DNA of 64,000 nucleotides, taken from Diplonema japonicum (Eukaryota; Protista; Euglenozoa: Diplonemea). Shown here one piece after another: positions 1 through 19,900 of the stretch. Both the position numbers and the translations under genes were made by a program. The stretch is from NCBI GenBank assembly GCA_964019335.1, contig OZ025725.1, positions 248,001 through 312,000 of the forward strand. Direction: 5' to 3'. Each line of letters begins with the position of its first letter. The stretch's first letter is position 1. Below the pieces are notes generated by a model that worked only from the letters and a program-made list of their open reading frames with translations, was not told the origin of the DNA and did not search any database.

Positions 1-489
1 TTGGGGAACATTGGCAACGTGTTTCGGGTTTAAAAACTTCTCCAAGTTTTACCCGGCAAGTTCCTCTTTTCCAATATCCAGTAATTTTCTTCAAAGTTTT
101 TTGACCTGGACATTTATCACCCGTCACGTTTCACTTTACAGTAAATTTAAAGAAAAAGAAGAAAAAAAAAAAAAAAACAGAAAAGAAAAAAAAGAATAAA
201 AAAGTGTTTTTATCACAATGAAGAGATACAACCCCCCCCCCCCATTTTCTCATTTTCCGTTTTTTTTTCCCCTTTTTTTTTATATCCCGTTTCCATGACC
301 AAATTTTTCCTTTTTGCCTTGTAGGCTGCTTCTTCCGGTCATTTCTTTTCTCTTCTTCCCTATCTACTCCTCCATCCGTGCTCCGTGCCCAACCCTTTCT
401 TTCCTTCCTGCCTTCTGTGTGATGTTTTGTTCTATACCCCTGCCCTCTGTGCTTTTCCCATGTGATTCCACAACCAGCCACACATAAAG

Positions 490-1683
490 ATGCAGGACCA
501 GCGAGGCAACCTGGAGGACCTCCTCGTGACGGAGCACCCTTCACACGTGAGGCTGACGAGCCCCCGCTCCCTTATGCTGTGCCGGCGACACGGGATCCTC
601 CCCGAGGAGCTCTACCCTCGCTCCTTTCAGAGCTTTGTGGAGTACAGGTATGGAGGGTCAAGACACACATTTATGATATTATGACACCCACTCACAGGGG
701 TGAGATGCAGGAGATGGTGCAGAGGCGCTACGACCACTTCAACACGAGGCGTCTGGAGAAGCTGAACTTCCTTGTCGGGGACCGCAGGGCTCTCCTGGAG
801 CAGGAGGCACTGGATGGGATGCAACTGCAGCAGCAGCAGCAGCAGCAGCAGCACATGGATGCTTATGCCGGGGTGGTGTCCCCCTCCGCGGGGAGCCCTG
901 AGAGGAGCACGATCCTGCTGAAGGACACGTACGAGACGGAGCAGGAGCGCATCGCGGCGAGGATGCAGAAGGAGGCGGAGCGGGCGCAGAAGGTAGAGCT
1001 CCTTGCGATGCAGCGGGCGGACGAGCAGGAGCACAAGGAGATGAAGCTGGCGTGGGCGGAGCAGCGCCATCAGGAGACGCTGCGGGAGGTGGAGGGGGCG
1101 CGGGTGCGGAACATCATGGAAAACGCGGAGAAGAAGGTGAACCGGATGATGCACGTGCGGGGCACGCAGGAGGCTCTGGCAGAGTTGACGGAGCACAAGA
1201 AGCTGATGATCTCGAGCAAGGAGATGCAGCGGCAGCAGGCGATGGAGGAGAAGAAGCGAGCGGCGGAGGAGGGACGCTCGAGGAAGAGGGAGGCGCAGGA
1301 GCTTCGAGCCGCGCAGATCAAACAGCGGAAGGAGGAGATGGAGCGGGCACGTGTGATGCACCTGGAGGGGAGGTTGCAGGAGAAGGGGGAGAAGGCGGTC
1401 GACTTTGAGAGGGTGAAGCTGCAGCAGCAAGTTGAGAGACAGCACATGGCGGAGGTACGTACAACACAGCACAACACAACACAACACAACACAACACAAC
1501 ACAACACAGAACAAGCAACAAGCAGAGGCGCAAGCACAAGGGAGGATGAGGGTTGAGGATGAGAGGTTCATGAGCCACCACGCCCACAAGAACATGGTAG
1601 ATGAACAGAACCGCGGTGTTTATGCAGAGCTGTCGGGTCAGAGGGCCCAGGCGGAGCAGGTACACCTAACACACAAGATGCAA

Positions 1684-1743
<60 letters not shown>

Positions 1744-2027
1744 GAAAGCAGAAGCGAAGCAAAGGCGGATCGAAGATGCAAAACTCAGGGCGAAGGAGTT
1801 AGAAGAGACACGGAAGATGCAGGCTATGGTGAAGCTTCAGGAGAAGGAGCACCGTCAGAAGGCGATGCAGGAGCAGGTGAGGCAGCAGAGGCTGTGGGAG
1901 CAGAACGAGAAGAAGATCAAGATGCTGGACGCAAAGGAGGCGGTGGAGAGGCAGAAGAGGAAGGAGAAGTACGAGAACGAGTTGAGGCAGCAGCAGGTGC
2001 AGCAGAAAATGGACAGGATATTGTATG

Positions 2028-2059
<32 letters not shown>

Positions 2060-2224
2060 TCTATTCCCACTCCTAGGTCGAACGAGGATGCGAAGTGGCA
2101 AGCAGTTCAACAGCAGAGGATGCATCTTGTGTCATCGAGAGGGCCTGCCACTCCGAGGAGCAACCCTTCATCACCTCGTGCTGGGGCTACCCGCAGGAGG
2201 CACTCAGTTGGCATAAAACGTTGA
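490..2224 (+). CDS. Coiled-coil hypothetical protein, copy A (5 exons; introns 648-697, 1455-1509, 1660-1741, 2023-2076)
   Basis: Removing four GT-AG introns joins the ORF pieces into one frame (MQDQRGNLEDLL...LTSPRSLMLCRRHGILPEEL... E/K/Q/R-rich coiled coil). A near-identical copy lies at 18668-20385. Confidence 0.8.
1686..1740. repeat. (CA)n microsatellite filling intron 3; an (ACAAC)n array fills intron 2 (~1460-1509)
   Basis: Directly visible. Both arrays are shorter in copy B. Confidence 0.95.
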
Positions 2225-2654
2225 GTGAGAAAAGAGGAAAAAGAAAAGAAGGAAAAAAAACCTTTTTTTACTTTTTACGAACCGTTATTTTCTTCTTCTT
2301 TTAAATAACCCGATGGAGTACATTTTTGTTCCGTTTTTTTTTTTTTTTTTCCGGTGGGCACCCGCGCACCGCAGGAAATAGATCGAGTTTTCTTCTGCTT
2401 TTTTTTCTTCTTCTTTTTTTTTTTGGCTTCTTCTTGTACAATTTCCCCCTCCCTTGTTTGTATTTCTTTTTCTCTTTTTTTAGTTTTATGTTTTCTTTTT
2501 CTTTTTTTCCTTCTTCTTTTTTTTTTATTGCTGTAAATCGCCTACCACCTAAGTGATGCTTGCTCAGCTGACGAGAAGAAGAAAAAAAAAAAAAAAAAGA
2601 AAAAAAAAACAATTTTTTTTTATCAGCCAAAAGAAAAAACTCCCCCTATAAAAC

Positions 2655-3170
2655 ATGGGAGGCACAACTTCCAAAACGGATGGGGTTGTGGTAGAGGAGT
2701 TTCCTGATTTAGACAGAGTACTGTTGGCGAAATGGCAGGGGAGGGCGGAGGGAACATTAGAGCACCTGTATGAACGGTGCAAGAAGGAGCCGCTACTCCC
2801 TCAAACGCTATCTGTGATGGAGGAGCTGAGAGACGGAGAAAGGAGGTACGCAGAGGGGTTGGTGAGCGAGATGGTCAGGATAGTGGAACAGAGGGACGAA
2901 GAGGCCACCGAATCAACTTTACGTTACCAAGAAAAACTGGAGATTGGCAAGTCAACTATGTTCCAGAATGTGTTCGTGATGCCTTTCACCTGCTTGCACC
3001 CCGTAGCGCAGGCTTCTGCTCAACCAGGCAGCATCGATTTCTTAGTCTTGCGAACAAAACACTTGTTTTACCGGAGCGCCGACGCAGCAGGTGGACGCGG
3101 CTCATATGGTCTCCCTTTCACAACAGCTGTGACTAGCAATTTCACTATCCGTCCAGATGAGGTTGACTGA
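2655..3170 (+). CDS. Hypothetical protein, possible N-myristoylation (MGGTTS)
   Basis: 171-aa ORF of normal composition between homopolymer-rich spacers; MGxxxS start. Confidence 0.6.
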   Translation: MGGTTSKTDGVVVEEFPDLDRVLLAKWQGRAEGTLEHLYERCKKEPLLPQTLSVMEELRDGERRYAEGLVSEMVRIVEQRDEEATESTLRYQEKLEIGKSTMFQNVFVMPFTCLHPVAQASAQPGSIDFLVLRTKHLFYRSADAAGGRGSYGLPFTTAVTSNFTIRPDEVD

Positions 3171-3178
3171 GGTCATCT

Positions 3179-3211
<33 letters not shown>

Positions 3212-3278
3212 TACTTCATTGCTCATATGGGGAAGAATAAGAAAAAGGGAAAAAAAAAAAAAAAAAAAAGAAAAAAAA

Positions 3279-3934
3279 ATGGCCTTCACCCTTCCGCCTC
3301 TTCCCTACCCGCTTGACGCCCTCGCCGGGCACGGGATCTCGAAGGAGCAGATCGACTTCCACTACAACAAGCACCACAAGGGGTACGTCACGAAGCTGAA
3401 TGCAGCTGCCGAGAAGACCCCTGAGCTGAAGGAGAAGACCATCGAGCAGCTCATCAAGGAGAAGGCGCCTGTGTTCAACCTCGCCGCGCAGATCTGGAAC
3501 CACACCTTTTACTGGAACTGCATGTATGTGGTTTTCGTTTTTTTCTTCTTTTTTTCTTTTCTTTTTTTTTTTTTTTTTTTTTTTGCAACCACCCCTCCCT
3601 CAGGTCGCCCAACGGTGGTGGTGCTCCCACCGGTGCCATTGCTGAGGCCATCAACAAGGACTTCGGCAGCTTTGACAAGATGAAGGAGGAGTTCTCCGCG
3701 GCTGCTGCTGGCCACTTCGGGAGCGGCTGGGCGTGGCTGGTGAAGGATGGCGACAAGCTGAAGGTGCACCAGACACACGATGCTGGGTGCCCCCTTGCCG
3801 ATGGCCTGAAGCCCATCCTCACCTGTGACGTGTGGGAGCACGCCTTCTACATCGACTACAGGAACGACAAGGCCGCCTACGTGCAGAGCTTCTGGAAGAC
3901 CGTCAACTGGGACTTCGTCAACAGCCAGCTCTGA
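3279..3934 (+). CDS. sodB: Iron superoxide dismutase, copy 1 (intron 3524-3603)
   Basis: [21 protein letters not shown] (Fe-type signature), FGSGWAWL and DVWEHAFY motifs; one GT-AG intron restores the frame. Confidence 0.97.
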
Positions 3935-4611
3935 GCTACTTTTATAAAAAAATAAAATTCGAAACAAAACAAAAACAAAAACAACGACAAAAAAAAAAGA
4001 CTCTGCAAACATACCCTTCCCCCCCCCCCCCCCCCTTTCCTCATATTTCATACCCTTGCTTTCAAGGGAATTGAGCATCAACTGGATATGGGCAGCCTCG
4101 GGGCAAGGTGTTTGCTGGGACAGACAAGGAGAGCAAAAAAAAGGAGGGGGATCTATGAAAAATTTTTTCAGGCTTTGTTTTTGTAAAAAGAAAAAAAAAA
4201 ACCAAAGCATTGCCTCCCTCCCCTGTGGGTCCTTCTTACCCCTTTTTTATAAATTCTTATTTCCAAAACCCTTTTTTTACGTTTTTCTTTTTTTTCCTTT
4301 TTTTCTTTTTTTTCCGAAAAGGGAATTGGAACACTAACCAAAAATAAGGTGTTTAGGGGGGGAGTGGATCTTAAAAATATGTATGTAACAAATATTTATC
4401 TTTCAAAAAATGATTTTATAACTATATGCAACTTGTGCCGAGCAAAAACCTTTCGCAGCTTTTTAAAAACCTTTTTTTGCTCGTGCGAACAACAAAGACA
4501 TATAGTCATAAAGAATTATTATTATTATTATTATTATTATTTTTTTTTTTTTGCTTGTATACTAACTTTCATCTATAGGTATAAAAATAGCTAGATTGCC
4601 AACAAATAATG

Positions 4612-7046
4612 AGTCATTATTTAACTCGAGTTCCCGAATTGCCATTCCAAAATCTCATTATTTAACTGCAAAATCTCATTATTTAACTACCGGATTTGTA
4701 TTTATATTGTTCAGCTTTAATAATGGTCTGGGGATTTAGTGTACTGTATAAATTATGTACCTTTTTCGAATTTTGGACCCAACTTGGGACTTTTTACAGA
4801 ACAATACAAAAAAACTATTTTTATTATTTTTGGCCTGATCCCCCCCAGGACAGGCCCCACTAAAATCAAAGTCACGTTTTCCTACTTATTTACCACCTTA
4901 AGCAGTTCCAACATAAATAATCATTTAAAAAAATCCAACCCTATTCTCTGAATAAAACATGTCGCTCCATGGCTTCTTGACTGCCCGTGACCGGTACGCG
5001 CCCGTTGCAGGGGCTTCAACAGGCTCCTCTCTCCCCCCAACCGCCAGGCAGGTAGTCGAGGAAGTGATGTCCCGCTTGGAGCAACCCCAGCCTGCCCGGA
5101 AGAACAAGAGGTGGACCGAGGCAGAGAAGGAGGAGCTGGGTGAGCTGGTCCGGCAATTCGGCCTTTCAGCCGGAACGCGGAAATGGAACGAGAAGCCCCC
5201 CAACAAGACTGCCTCGAAGCCGGTTGCTGACCGGGCGAAACAGACGTCATAGCTAAGCTACGCAAGCGATCCCGCGAGATTGCCCATGGTGTGGGTGGGG
5301 AGGAAGAGCCTGCACCGAAAAGAATGGCCGGTCGCCCGCCCACCCTCAGAAGTGAGACAGACAGGCTGCTCCGGGAAACAGTGAAGGAGCAGATGCAGGC
5401 CGGCGCCCCGTTGAGCTACCGCAGGGTTTCAAGCCTCGCCCAAGGGCTTGCAATCTCCTGCGGCCAGCAGATCACGGACGACGACCTGGGCTACGAGTGG
5501 GCGTGTGGGTGGTGCGAAAAGAACAACCTGTGCCTCAGGCGGCCCACCTCTGCCCGTGTTGTTGCCGTAGATGAGATCGCCGATCAACGGCGTCTCCTCC
5601 GTGAGAAGGTGGGTGCTGCGATGGTGGAGCACAATATACCTTGGTCGTTGGTCTTTAATTGTGACCACACCGCCTTGTGCTTTACTCCGCCCATGTCGCG
5701 TACCCTCGCACCTCGCGGTGCGAAACGGGTCTCTCTTGTGGGGCATGGGGACAAGAGGTTTGCGCAGCCCCCTTTTCTTTTTAATCGTCCATCCACAGAG
5801 GGATTACGTGCGTTACCGGGGGGGCTTCTACGGGCGAGGCCATACCCTGGCAGCTAATTTTTGCTGGCACCACAAACAGGGTCATCCCCCCATTGAAAGC
5901 CACGGACCCCCCCTTCCTGCTATCAGCGACAAAGACCCACTGGGCATCGATAGAAACAACAAAGCAGTACATAACCGATGTATAAATTAAGAAAAATAAG
6001 ACATCCCAAAACTCAAAACAGATCCTCGTACCATTTAGGGAAGCCCAGGAAGCTAAATACGGACTGGGTTCTGACCGCAAGGCGTTGCTGATTCTAGACC
6101 GGTTAGTGGGCATGTTTCCCGTGATGTTGTTGATTTCCTGCGGGACAAGAGGTTCATACACCTTTTTATAGAGCCGGGGTGGACGGCCGAACTCCAGCCC
6201 ATGGACATATCAGTCCATGCGCCTATTAAGTCGCATATGCGATCAGCCTATTCCAAGTGGTATACAAGATCTACTTTTTGGTTTCCATTTTCAAAACAAG
6301 GTACGCGGACGCCCTGAAGGCCCAGATAAAGAAAGAGCGAAAAGACACAGAAGAGAAGCCCTTCTTACTGCTGCTGGTCCGGCTTCTGTTCCCGTTAGTC
6401 CTGTTGCCGCGCCTGGTGCTTCTGTTGTTGCCGGTCCTGTGGTTTCTGTTGCCAGCCCCGTGGCCTCCCCTGCTGCCCCGACACCTTCACAGATTGCAAA
6501 ATCAGCAATGCTTGAGGTTGACAAAAAAAGGACAAAGATTATGCGTCCTTTTATTCTTGCCTGGAGTGTCGAGGCTTACCGCAAGCTAACAGAACTGACG
6601 AGGGTGCCCTGCCCCAACTGCAGCGCAACCCTCAAGCAGGTTAGAAAGGAGAGACCAGGGTGGGAGTGCACGGAATGCTCTGGTGAGCATGACATGAGCA
6701 CCCGCGGGAGGGTCTGCCCGTCCTGCGACTATATGGTTTGCTTTACGTGCAGGACTGGGCAATAGTGAACTAGAATTGCGGTAATACCACCCCACCCCCC
6801 CTCCCCGGCTGGGGGGTATTTTGTTTTGTCTTGGGATTTTTTATTTTTAGGGATATTTTCTGGGATTTTTTTTATTTTTGTATTTTTTATGTTCTGTCTT
6901 AATGGTGTTCTGTAAATATTATGTACCTTTTTCGAATTTTTTGCCCAATTTGGGACTTTTCACAGAACAATATAAGTACAAATCCGGTAGTTAAATAATG
7001 GCGATTTCGCGTTAAATAATGGCCATTTCGCGTTAAATAATGAGTG
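4612..7046 (+). mobile_element. pogo/Tigger-like DNA transposon, decayed
   Basis: 36-bp inverted repeat at 4677-4712 / 6965-7000 (1 mismatch), three CATTATTTAAC motifs at each end in opposite orientation, and an internal DDE transposase. Exact termini are uncertain. Confidence 0.85.
4959..6765 (+). pseudogene. pogo-type transposase (CENP-B-like HTH + DDE_1 + C-terminal Cys-rich finger) with three introns and ~3 frameshifts
   Basis: GRPP...W..GW HTH region; catalytic NCDHT, LLILD..SGH and ELQPMD motifs. Introns 5758-5798, 5980-6021 and 6260-6300. Frameshifts near 5240, 6100 and 6355. Confidence 0.85.
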
Positions 7047-7320
7047 AAGAAAATGACGATGAGTGAAATAATAGCTATTTACTGCCAACAAGTAATCCTT
7101 TTGTTGACTAAGAGCTGCCGCTGTCGCTGGCATTGCCACTGTCACCATCTCTAATCAAGCCTTCCCATACCTGGCGCGGCCGCTGGCTCCTTTTTTTCTG
7201 CTGCTTCGGTATTTTGAAGTCTTTTGGGGTGCTTGGGTAAGCTGACTAAGTTACCCTTACCCACAGAAGAGTTACCCACAGAAACTGGGAACAAGGCCTA
7301 GCCAAAAGTGGGCAAATTGG

Positions 7321-7585
7321 GAGGAAAAAGTAGTCCAACTTGGAACTGAGCCGAGGCAAAAGTTGGCCAATTGAACTGAACCTGGGGGGAAATAGCAAAC
7401 TGAGAGGAAAAAGTAGCCCCACTGGGAACCGAACCGAGGCAAAAATTGGCCTACCGAGGCATATTATTTACCGGAAACCCCCTATTACTTCACGGAAAAC
7501 AGGCCATTATTATTTCACCGTGAAGTAATGAGATTTAGCGTGAAGTAATGGGCCCCCTAGTGCGTGAAGTAATTTCTGAAGAGTG
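7321..7585. mobile_element. Orphan right end of a DNA transposon/MITE
   Basis: 48-bp degenerate direct repeat (7321-7368 / 7404-7451), then three GTGAAGTAAT motifs ending in GAGTG, as in the right ends at ~20910 and ~27023. Confidence 0.55.
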
Positions 7586-7606
7586 AAATAAAAAAAAAAA
7601 AAAAAA

Positions 7607-8099
7607 ATGGAACAGCACAGCATCACTCACAAAGTTGTCATTAACGAGTGTACCTGCAGGGACTTTGCCGTTGGAGGTGTCGAGACAACTGGATGCAGAC
7701 TTCGAGCCTATAGTGTCGAAGGTGTACTCAAGAGTGGTGGGGAAGTGCACTGACAGGTTCATGGAAATGGTGAAGACTCATCAGAAGTGGCTTCTTACTG
7801 TGTCGGTGTGTTTCTGTTTCTTATGTTGCACGGTCCCTGCGATGATCCACAATCTGAGTACTTCTTCGGAAGAATTCTTAAAGCAGGCGAAGCTGTGGTG
7901 CGACGAAGCGAACAGCGAGCCCTGCCTAGAGGGCAGAGCACAGTTCCGTCTCAAGAAGGAGATGGGCAACCCACCCAAAGGCAGCAACAAGGGTGCCAGC
8001 ACTGTTGTTTCGGTTGAGTTAGTTGTTTTTACAAAAAGCGATGTCCATCTACTGCCGTCTGCCCCGCCTTTCGGGGAACATTCAGAATTCAACAACTAG
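7607..8099 (+). pseudogene. Small hypothetical membrane protein; the ATG after the A-tract is out of frame with the main ORF (pseudogene or indel error)
   Basis: ATG at 7607 follows an A-tract like other genes here. The protein-like ORF 7635-8099 has one hydrophobic Cys-rich segment but is offset by 1 nt. Confidence 0.4.
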
Positions 8100-8321
8100 A
8101 TTTTAAAAGAGAGTTCCCCCCCCCCTTTTTTTTGTTTCCCCTCAATTGTTCAGAAATGAAGGGAAAGAAACGTACTGCCACAAAAAAAAAAGAAGAAGAA
8201 GAAAAAAGTAGTTATATCTGATGCGCGATGGGGGGGGGGGGGGACGAGGAAGGAAATTCCTGTTCTTTCTTGTTCCCCCCCCCCCCTTTTTTTTAATCGA
8301 TGAAACAGAAAAATGTTTATT

Positions 8322-8364
8322 GGCGGGCCGTTGCTAACCACTTCGTTCCTATCATAGTGAATTT
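8322..8364. repeat. 43-bp dispersed repeat, copy 1
   Basis: GGCGGGCCGTTGCTAACCACTTCGTTCCTATCATAGTGAATTT is identical at 26612-26654, with unrelated flanks. Confidence 0.9.
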
Positions 8365-8570
8365 ATTTGCAAGATATGGGGGAATGTCAAATAGGGTACA
8401 TAATTTAGCGGGGGGGGGGGAAATAAAAGCACCCATATAAAGTGAAAAAACCACCCACATGGGGCAGGACGTCCTCCCGGTGCTGATTTTCATGCAGCAG
8501 GCCTCTGGCATCTGCTGGGTATTATTTGATAACCCCATGTATTTCTTTTTTCTTTCTCTTTTTTTTTTTT

Positions 8571-10390
8571 CCCTGTCATACGCGGACGACGCCTACTTGA
8601 TAGCAGCTCTGCTCAGCGCGCTGGAGAAGGCGGCAGCGGGGGTGTGCGAGTTCTCTCTGCTGACAGGGATGAACCTCAACCTGAAGAAGACGGACGTGTT
8701 CACAACGGCAGAGCACGGAACGGTGAAGTGCGGACGTGAGGTGCTCACAGCCAAGAAGGAGATCAGCGTCCTGGGAGTCCGGGTATGTATGGACGGCGAG
8801 CACAGGGCGAAGCCCCTTGAGGCGATGGGACGCGCTTGCGGGAGACTGGCCGCCATGCCGCTGGGGTTCACACAGAAGGCGAGGATCCTCACCAGCTCCA
8901 TTCTCCCCTCCTGCCTCTACGGTGTTGCCTATGCACCCCCCTCAAAAATGGATGCGGGTACAATCCGAGCGAGTGTTGCGACGTGCCTCTGGGGACCGAA
9001 GTTCAAGATGCGCTCGCCGTGTGCTGTTGCGAACGTCTTGCTGCCGGGGCACACGACGGACCCGCTGGTGGTGACGCTTTACCGACTGCTATGCACAGTG
9101 GTGAAGGTAGGCGGGTCGGATACGGAGCTGTGGGACCGGATGGGGAGGTGTGCCGCCCTGTACCAGGAGTGCGATATTGAAGCCCTGGGGCCAGTGGGGA
9201 CCCTGATGAGAAGATGGCTGCCGGCGATCGGGAAAGGCTGGAATTTCGTGGTGGGGCTGGGTGCCATGCCGGAACGCGAGCGCAAGCACGAGATCCGACG
9301 GGTGGCGAGGGCCATGACGGCAGCCGAGCTAGCAGACGGGAGGGACTCCGACGGCATGCCGGAAGGAGCCGACCCGGACACGATCGTGTGGTGGAGGTCA
9401 CTCTCGGGCAACCCAGTGGCGGCGTACCGATTGAGGAGGCTGATTGCAGGAGCGGTGTTTGCGGTCTACCCGGGAGCGCGGGGCGTGGCGCAGGAACCGA
9501 ACAACCCGCTGCAGCACCTCTGCGACGTGTGTGAGGAACGGTTCGGCAGCTACACGGAGGTGCTGGAACACGCCCTCTGGCGATGCGAGCCGGGTGACGC
9601 GGTGCGGAGCAAGATGGAGTACGCGAACCTGGACCCGGCAGCTATGCCGAAGGCGACGAGGCTCCATGGGGTGGTGCCCAGAGGCTGCCAAGACAAGCCA
9701 AGGGCCTTACTGGTGCAGAAGTACCTGCTGGAGGTAGTCACGCGGAGGGATGCAGCGGTGGATGCGAACCGCGCACTGCAGACACAAGCTTACCCGTGGC
9801 GGGCGGTCGTGACGGGGAGGGCGCACCCGACGCCGACGGTGTCTGAACTGCGAAGGCTGGGAGCGTCAGGAACAGTGATGGACAAGCTGCTGAGGCCGGT
9901 GCTGAGATGGTTGGGAGGCCTGCTGTGGGATGACGCGCCTGGTCGGCACGGCGGTGACGACGTTAGAGCTGGCCCTCGACTTCGAGAGGGAGATGGAGCT
10001 GCCGCTGGACGACGGCGGGGAAGTGGGCAAGGTGGAGGACCTGGGCGTCAAGGCAAGGAGGCTACGGTATGTGCTGAGACGAGTCCAGGACCTGTACCAC
10101 GCTGATGGCAGAGGGGTAGCGTTCCCAGCGGCGCGAGTGGAGCGCGTCAACTCCCTACGCTGTATCGGAGGACCGACCACACACGGGTATGACAGGAGGC
10201 CAGTACTCCCGGAACGAACCATGAGTAGCATCGAAGGCTTGCGGGACAGGTACCTGTCGCAGACACCGACAAGGCTGCCCCGCAGTTTGACCACCGCAGT
10301 AGGAACCCGCCAGAGCCCCCAGAACGGGGACAACGGGGACTAAGCGCAGCACGGCCGGTGAGCGCAAAAACGCATACCTTAAAAGAACAG
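8571..10390 (+). mobile_element. 5'-truncated non-LTR retrotransposon (second subfamily)
   Basis: Begins at RT motif LSYADD. Shares ILPSCLY, LPGHT, GPVG, CDVC..EHALWRC and ELALDFE with the full element. Frameshift ~9930, stop 10343. T-tracts on both sides. Confidence 0.9.
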
Positions 10391-10694
10391 TTTTTTTTTT
10401 TTTTTTTGAAATAATCTTCCCGGAACTTTAGGGCTAGTTGAAGTACACAGCCTGTACGCAGTCAACTAAAGACCCTCTCAACTCCTCTATCCCCTCTTTC
10501 AGTATTCTGTTTTTTAACTTCTATAAAAAAGAAATTGAATCATAAGAAAAAAAGAAACTTTTTTTTTTTATCTGATAATTCAGAAATTTCTTCACTCCTA
10601 ACTCCCCCTATAATCTGATTACCCCCCTCTCATAATTTGATAGCTCAATTATGGGCAAGACTTAGGTGTGGCCCGTGGCTGCTGACTTTTGTGA

Positions 10695-10953
10695 GAACAA
10701 GACGAAGAACCGACTGAAGATGAAGTTCTCGCTCATCTTAAGAAGCTGAAGGAAAATGGCGCTGCCCCTCCCTCTCTTTGGACCAAGTGCTCCCAGATAA
10801 GGGCAGTTTTTTAAGGAAAATGCAACCAGAAGGTTGGGAATGGGACCGTGTCAAACTTTTTTGCAAGCGTGCTGAAGAACAAGGGCCCCCGAAGACGAAA
10901 GCATCTACTTTCGACAACGGGAAGACCTCGAGGAGCTCATGTCTATGGGGTGA
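10695..10953 (+). pseudogene. Degenerate fragment resembling the N-terminal half of a Crypton-like tyrosine recombinase
   Basis: Across two frameshifts it reads TEDEVLAHLKKLKENGAAPPSLWTKCSQIRAVF / WDRVKLFCKRAEEQGPPKTKASTF / REDLEEL. No catalytic residues are visible. Confidence 0.4.
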
Positions 10954-11120
10954 CCTGGATCTGGGCCGCTGAACCGCTTCTTGCTGTACCGTGCTTTGTT
11001 TGTATGCGGTTTCTTCGGGGGTCTTCACCGTCCCCATTTATTCTTTTGCGTTTATCCAATCCGTTTTTTATTTAAGTTTTTAAGCAACACGCACGAAAAA
11101 AAAAAAAAAAAGAAAAAAAA

Positions 11121-18070
<6,950 letters not shown>

Positions 18071-18667
18071 GCTACTTCAAAAAAAAAAAAAAAAAAAAAA
18101 AAAAGACTCTACAAACAGTCCCTTCCCCCCCCCCTTTCCTCATATTTCATACCCTTGCTTTCAAGGGAATTGAGCACCAACTGGATAGGGGCAACCTCGG
18201 GGCAAGGTGTTTGCTGGGACAGATAAAAAGAAGGATAAAAAAGTAAGCAAAAGAAAAAGCATATTTAAGTGTACACCACCCCCAATAAAAAAATAAACGA
18301 AATGAAAAGCGCATTTTTTTTATCCTCTTTTTCCCCTCTTTTTTTATATTCTCCCTTTTCCTTACCTCGCGTCCCTTTCTTTCTTTTTCTTTTTTTTTCC
18401 CTTTTTTTTTTTGGTTATGGTTTTTCCATTTTCTTTTTAAAACGTACATTTATTTTTAACTTCTTTTTTTTTTTATAGATGTTGCCGCTGCCAGAACTGT
18501 CTCGATCTGTCTGATTTGATACCTGCCTCCTAGCAGCGTTTTGTTAATACAATGATATGACATATACTCGCATTTACTGTTCGCGCTCGCTGTGTTTCGC
18601 TTGGGTGCCACTGGCCCACCCGCCTGTATTTAGCTTCCTCATCTCAGGCACACGCACACACATAAAG

Positions 18668-19856
18668 ATGCAGGACCAGCGAGGCAACCTGGAGGACCTC
18701 CTCGTGACGGAGCACCCTTCACACGTGAGGCTGACGAGCCCCCGCTCCCTTATGCTGTGCCGGCGACACGGGATCCTCCCCGAGGAGCTCTACCCTCGCT
18801 CCTTTCAGAGCTTTGTGGAGTACAGGTATGGAGGGTCAAGACACACATTTATGATATTATGACACCCACTCACAGGGGTGAGATGCAGGAGATGGTGCAG
18901 AGGCGCTACGACCACTTCAACACGAGGCGTCTGGAGAAGCTGAACTTCCTTGTCGGGGACCGCAGGGCTCTCCTGGAGCAGGAGGCACTGGATGGGATGC
19001 AACTGCAGCAGCAGCAGCAGCAGCAGCAGCACATGGATGCTTATGCCGGGGTGGTGTCCCCCTCCGCGGGGAGCCCTGAGAGGAGCACGATCCTGCTGAA
19101 GGACACGTACGAGACGGAGCAGGAGCGCATCGCGGCGAGGATGCAGAAGGAGGCGGAGCGGGCGCAGAAGGTAGAGCTCCTTGCGATGCAGCGGGCGGAC
19201 GAGCAGGAGCACAAGGAGATGAAGCTGGCGTGGGCGGAGCAGCGCCATCAGGAGACGCTGCGGGAGGTGGAGGGGGCGCGGGTGCGGAACATCATGGAAA
19301 ACGCGGAGAAGAAGGTGAACCGGATGATGCACGTGCGGGGCACGCAGGAGGCTCTGGCAGAGTTGACGGAGCACAAGAAGCTGATGATCTCGAGCAAGGA
19401 GATGCAGCGGCAGCAGGCGATGGAGGAGAAGAAGCGAGCGGCGGAGGAGGGACGCTCGAGGAAGAGGGAGGCGCAGGAGCTTCGAGCCGCGCAGATCAAA
19501 CAGCGGAAGGAGGAGATGGAGCGGGCACGTGTGATGCACCTGGAGGGGAGGTTGCAGGAGAAGGGGGAGAAGGCGGTCGACTTTGAGAGGGTGAAGCTGC
19601 AGCAGCAAGTTGAGAGACAGCACATGGCGGAGGTACGTACAACACAGCACAACACAACACAACACAACACAACACAACACAGAACAAGCAACAAGCAGAG
19701 GCGCAAGCACAAGGGAGGATGAGGGTTGAGGATGAGAGGTTCATGAGCCACCACGCCCACAAGAACATGGTAGATGAACAGAACCGCGGTGTTTATGCAG
19801 AGCTGTCGGGTCAGAGGGCCCAGGCGGAGCAGGTACACCTAACACACAAGATGCAA

Positions 19857-19900
<44 letters not shown>

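Noticed and set aside
4615-7585. Short regularly spaced repeats as a CRISPR array
   Set aside because: Only three ~11-bp units per cluster, inverted between element ends, eukaryotic context and no cas genes.
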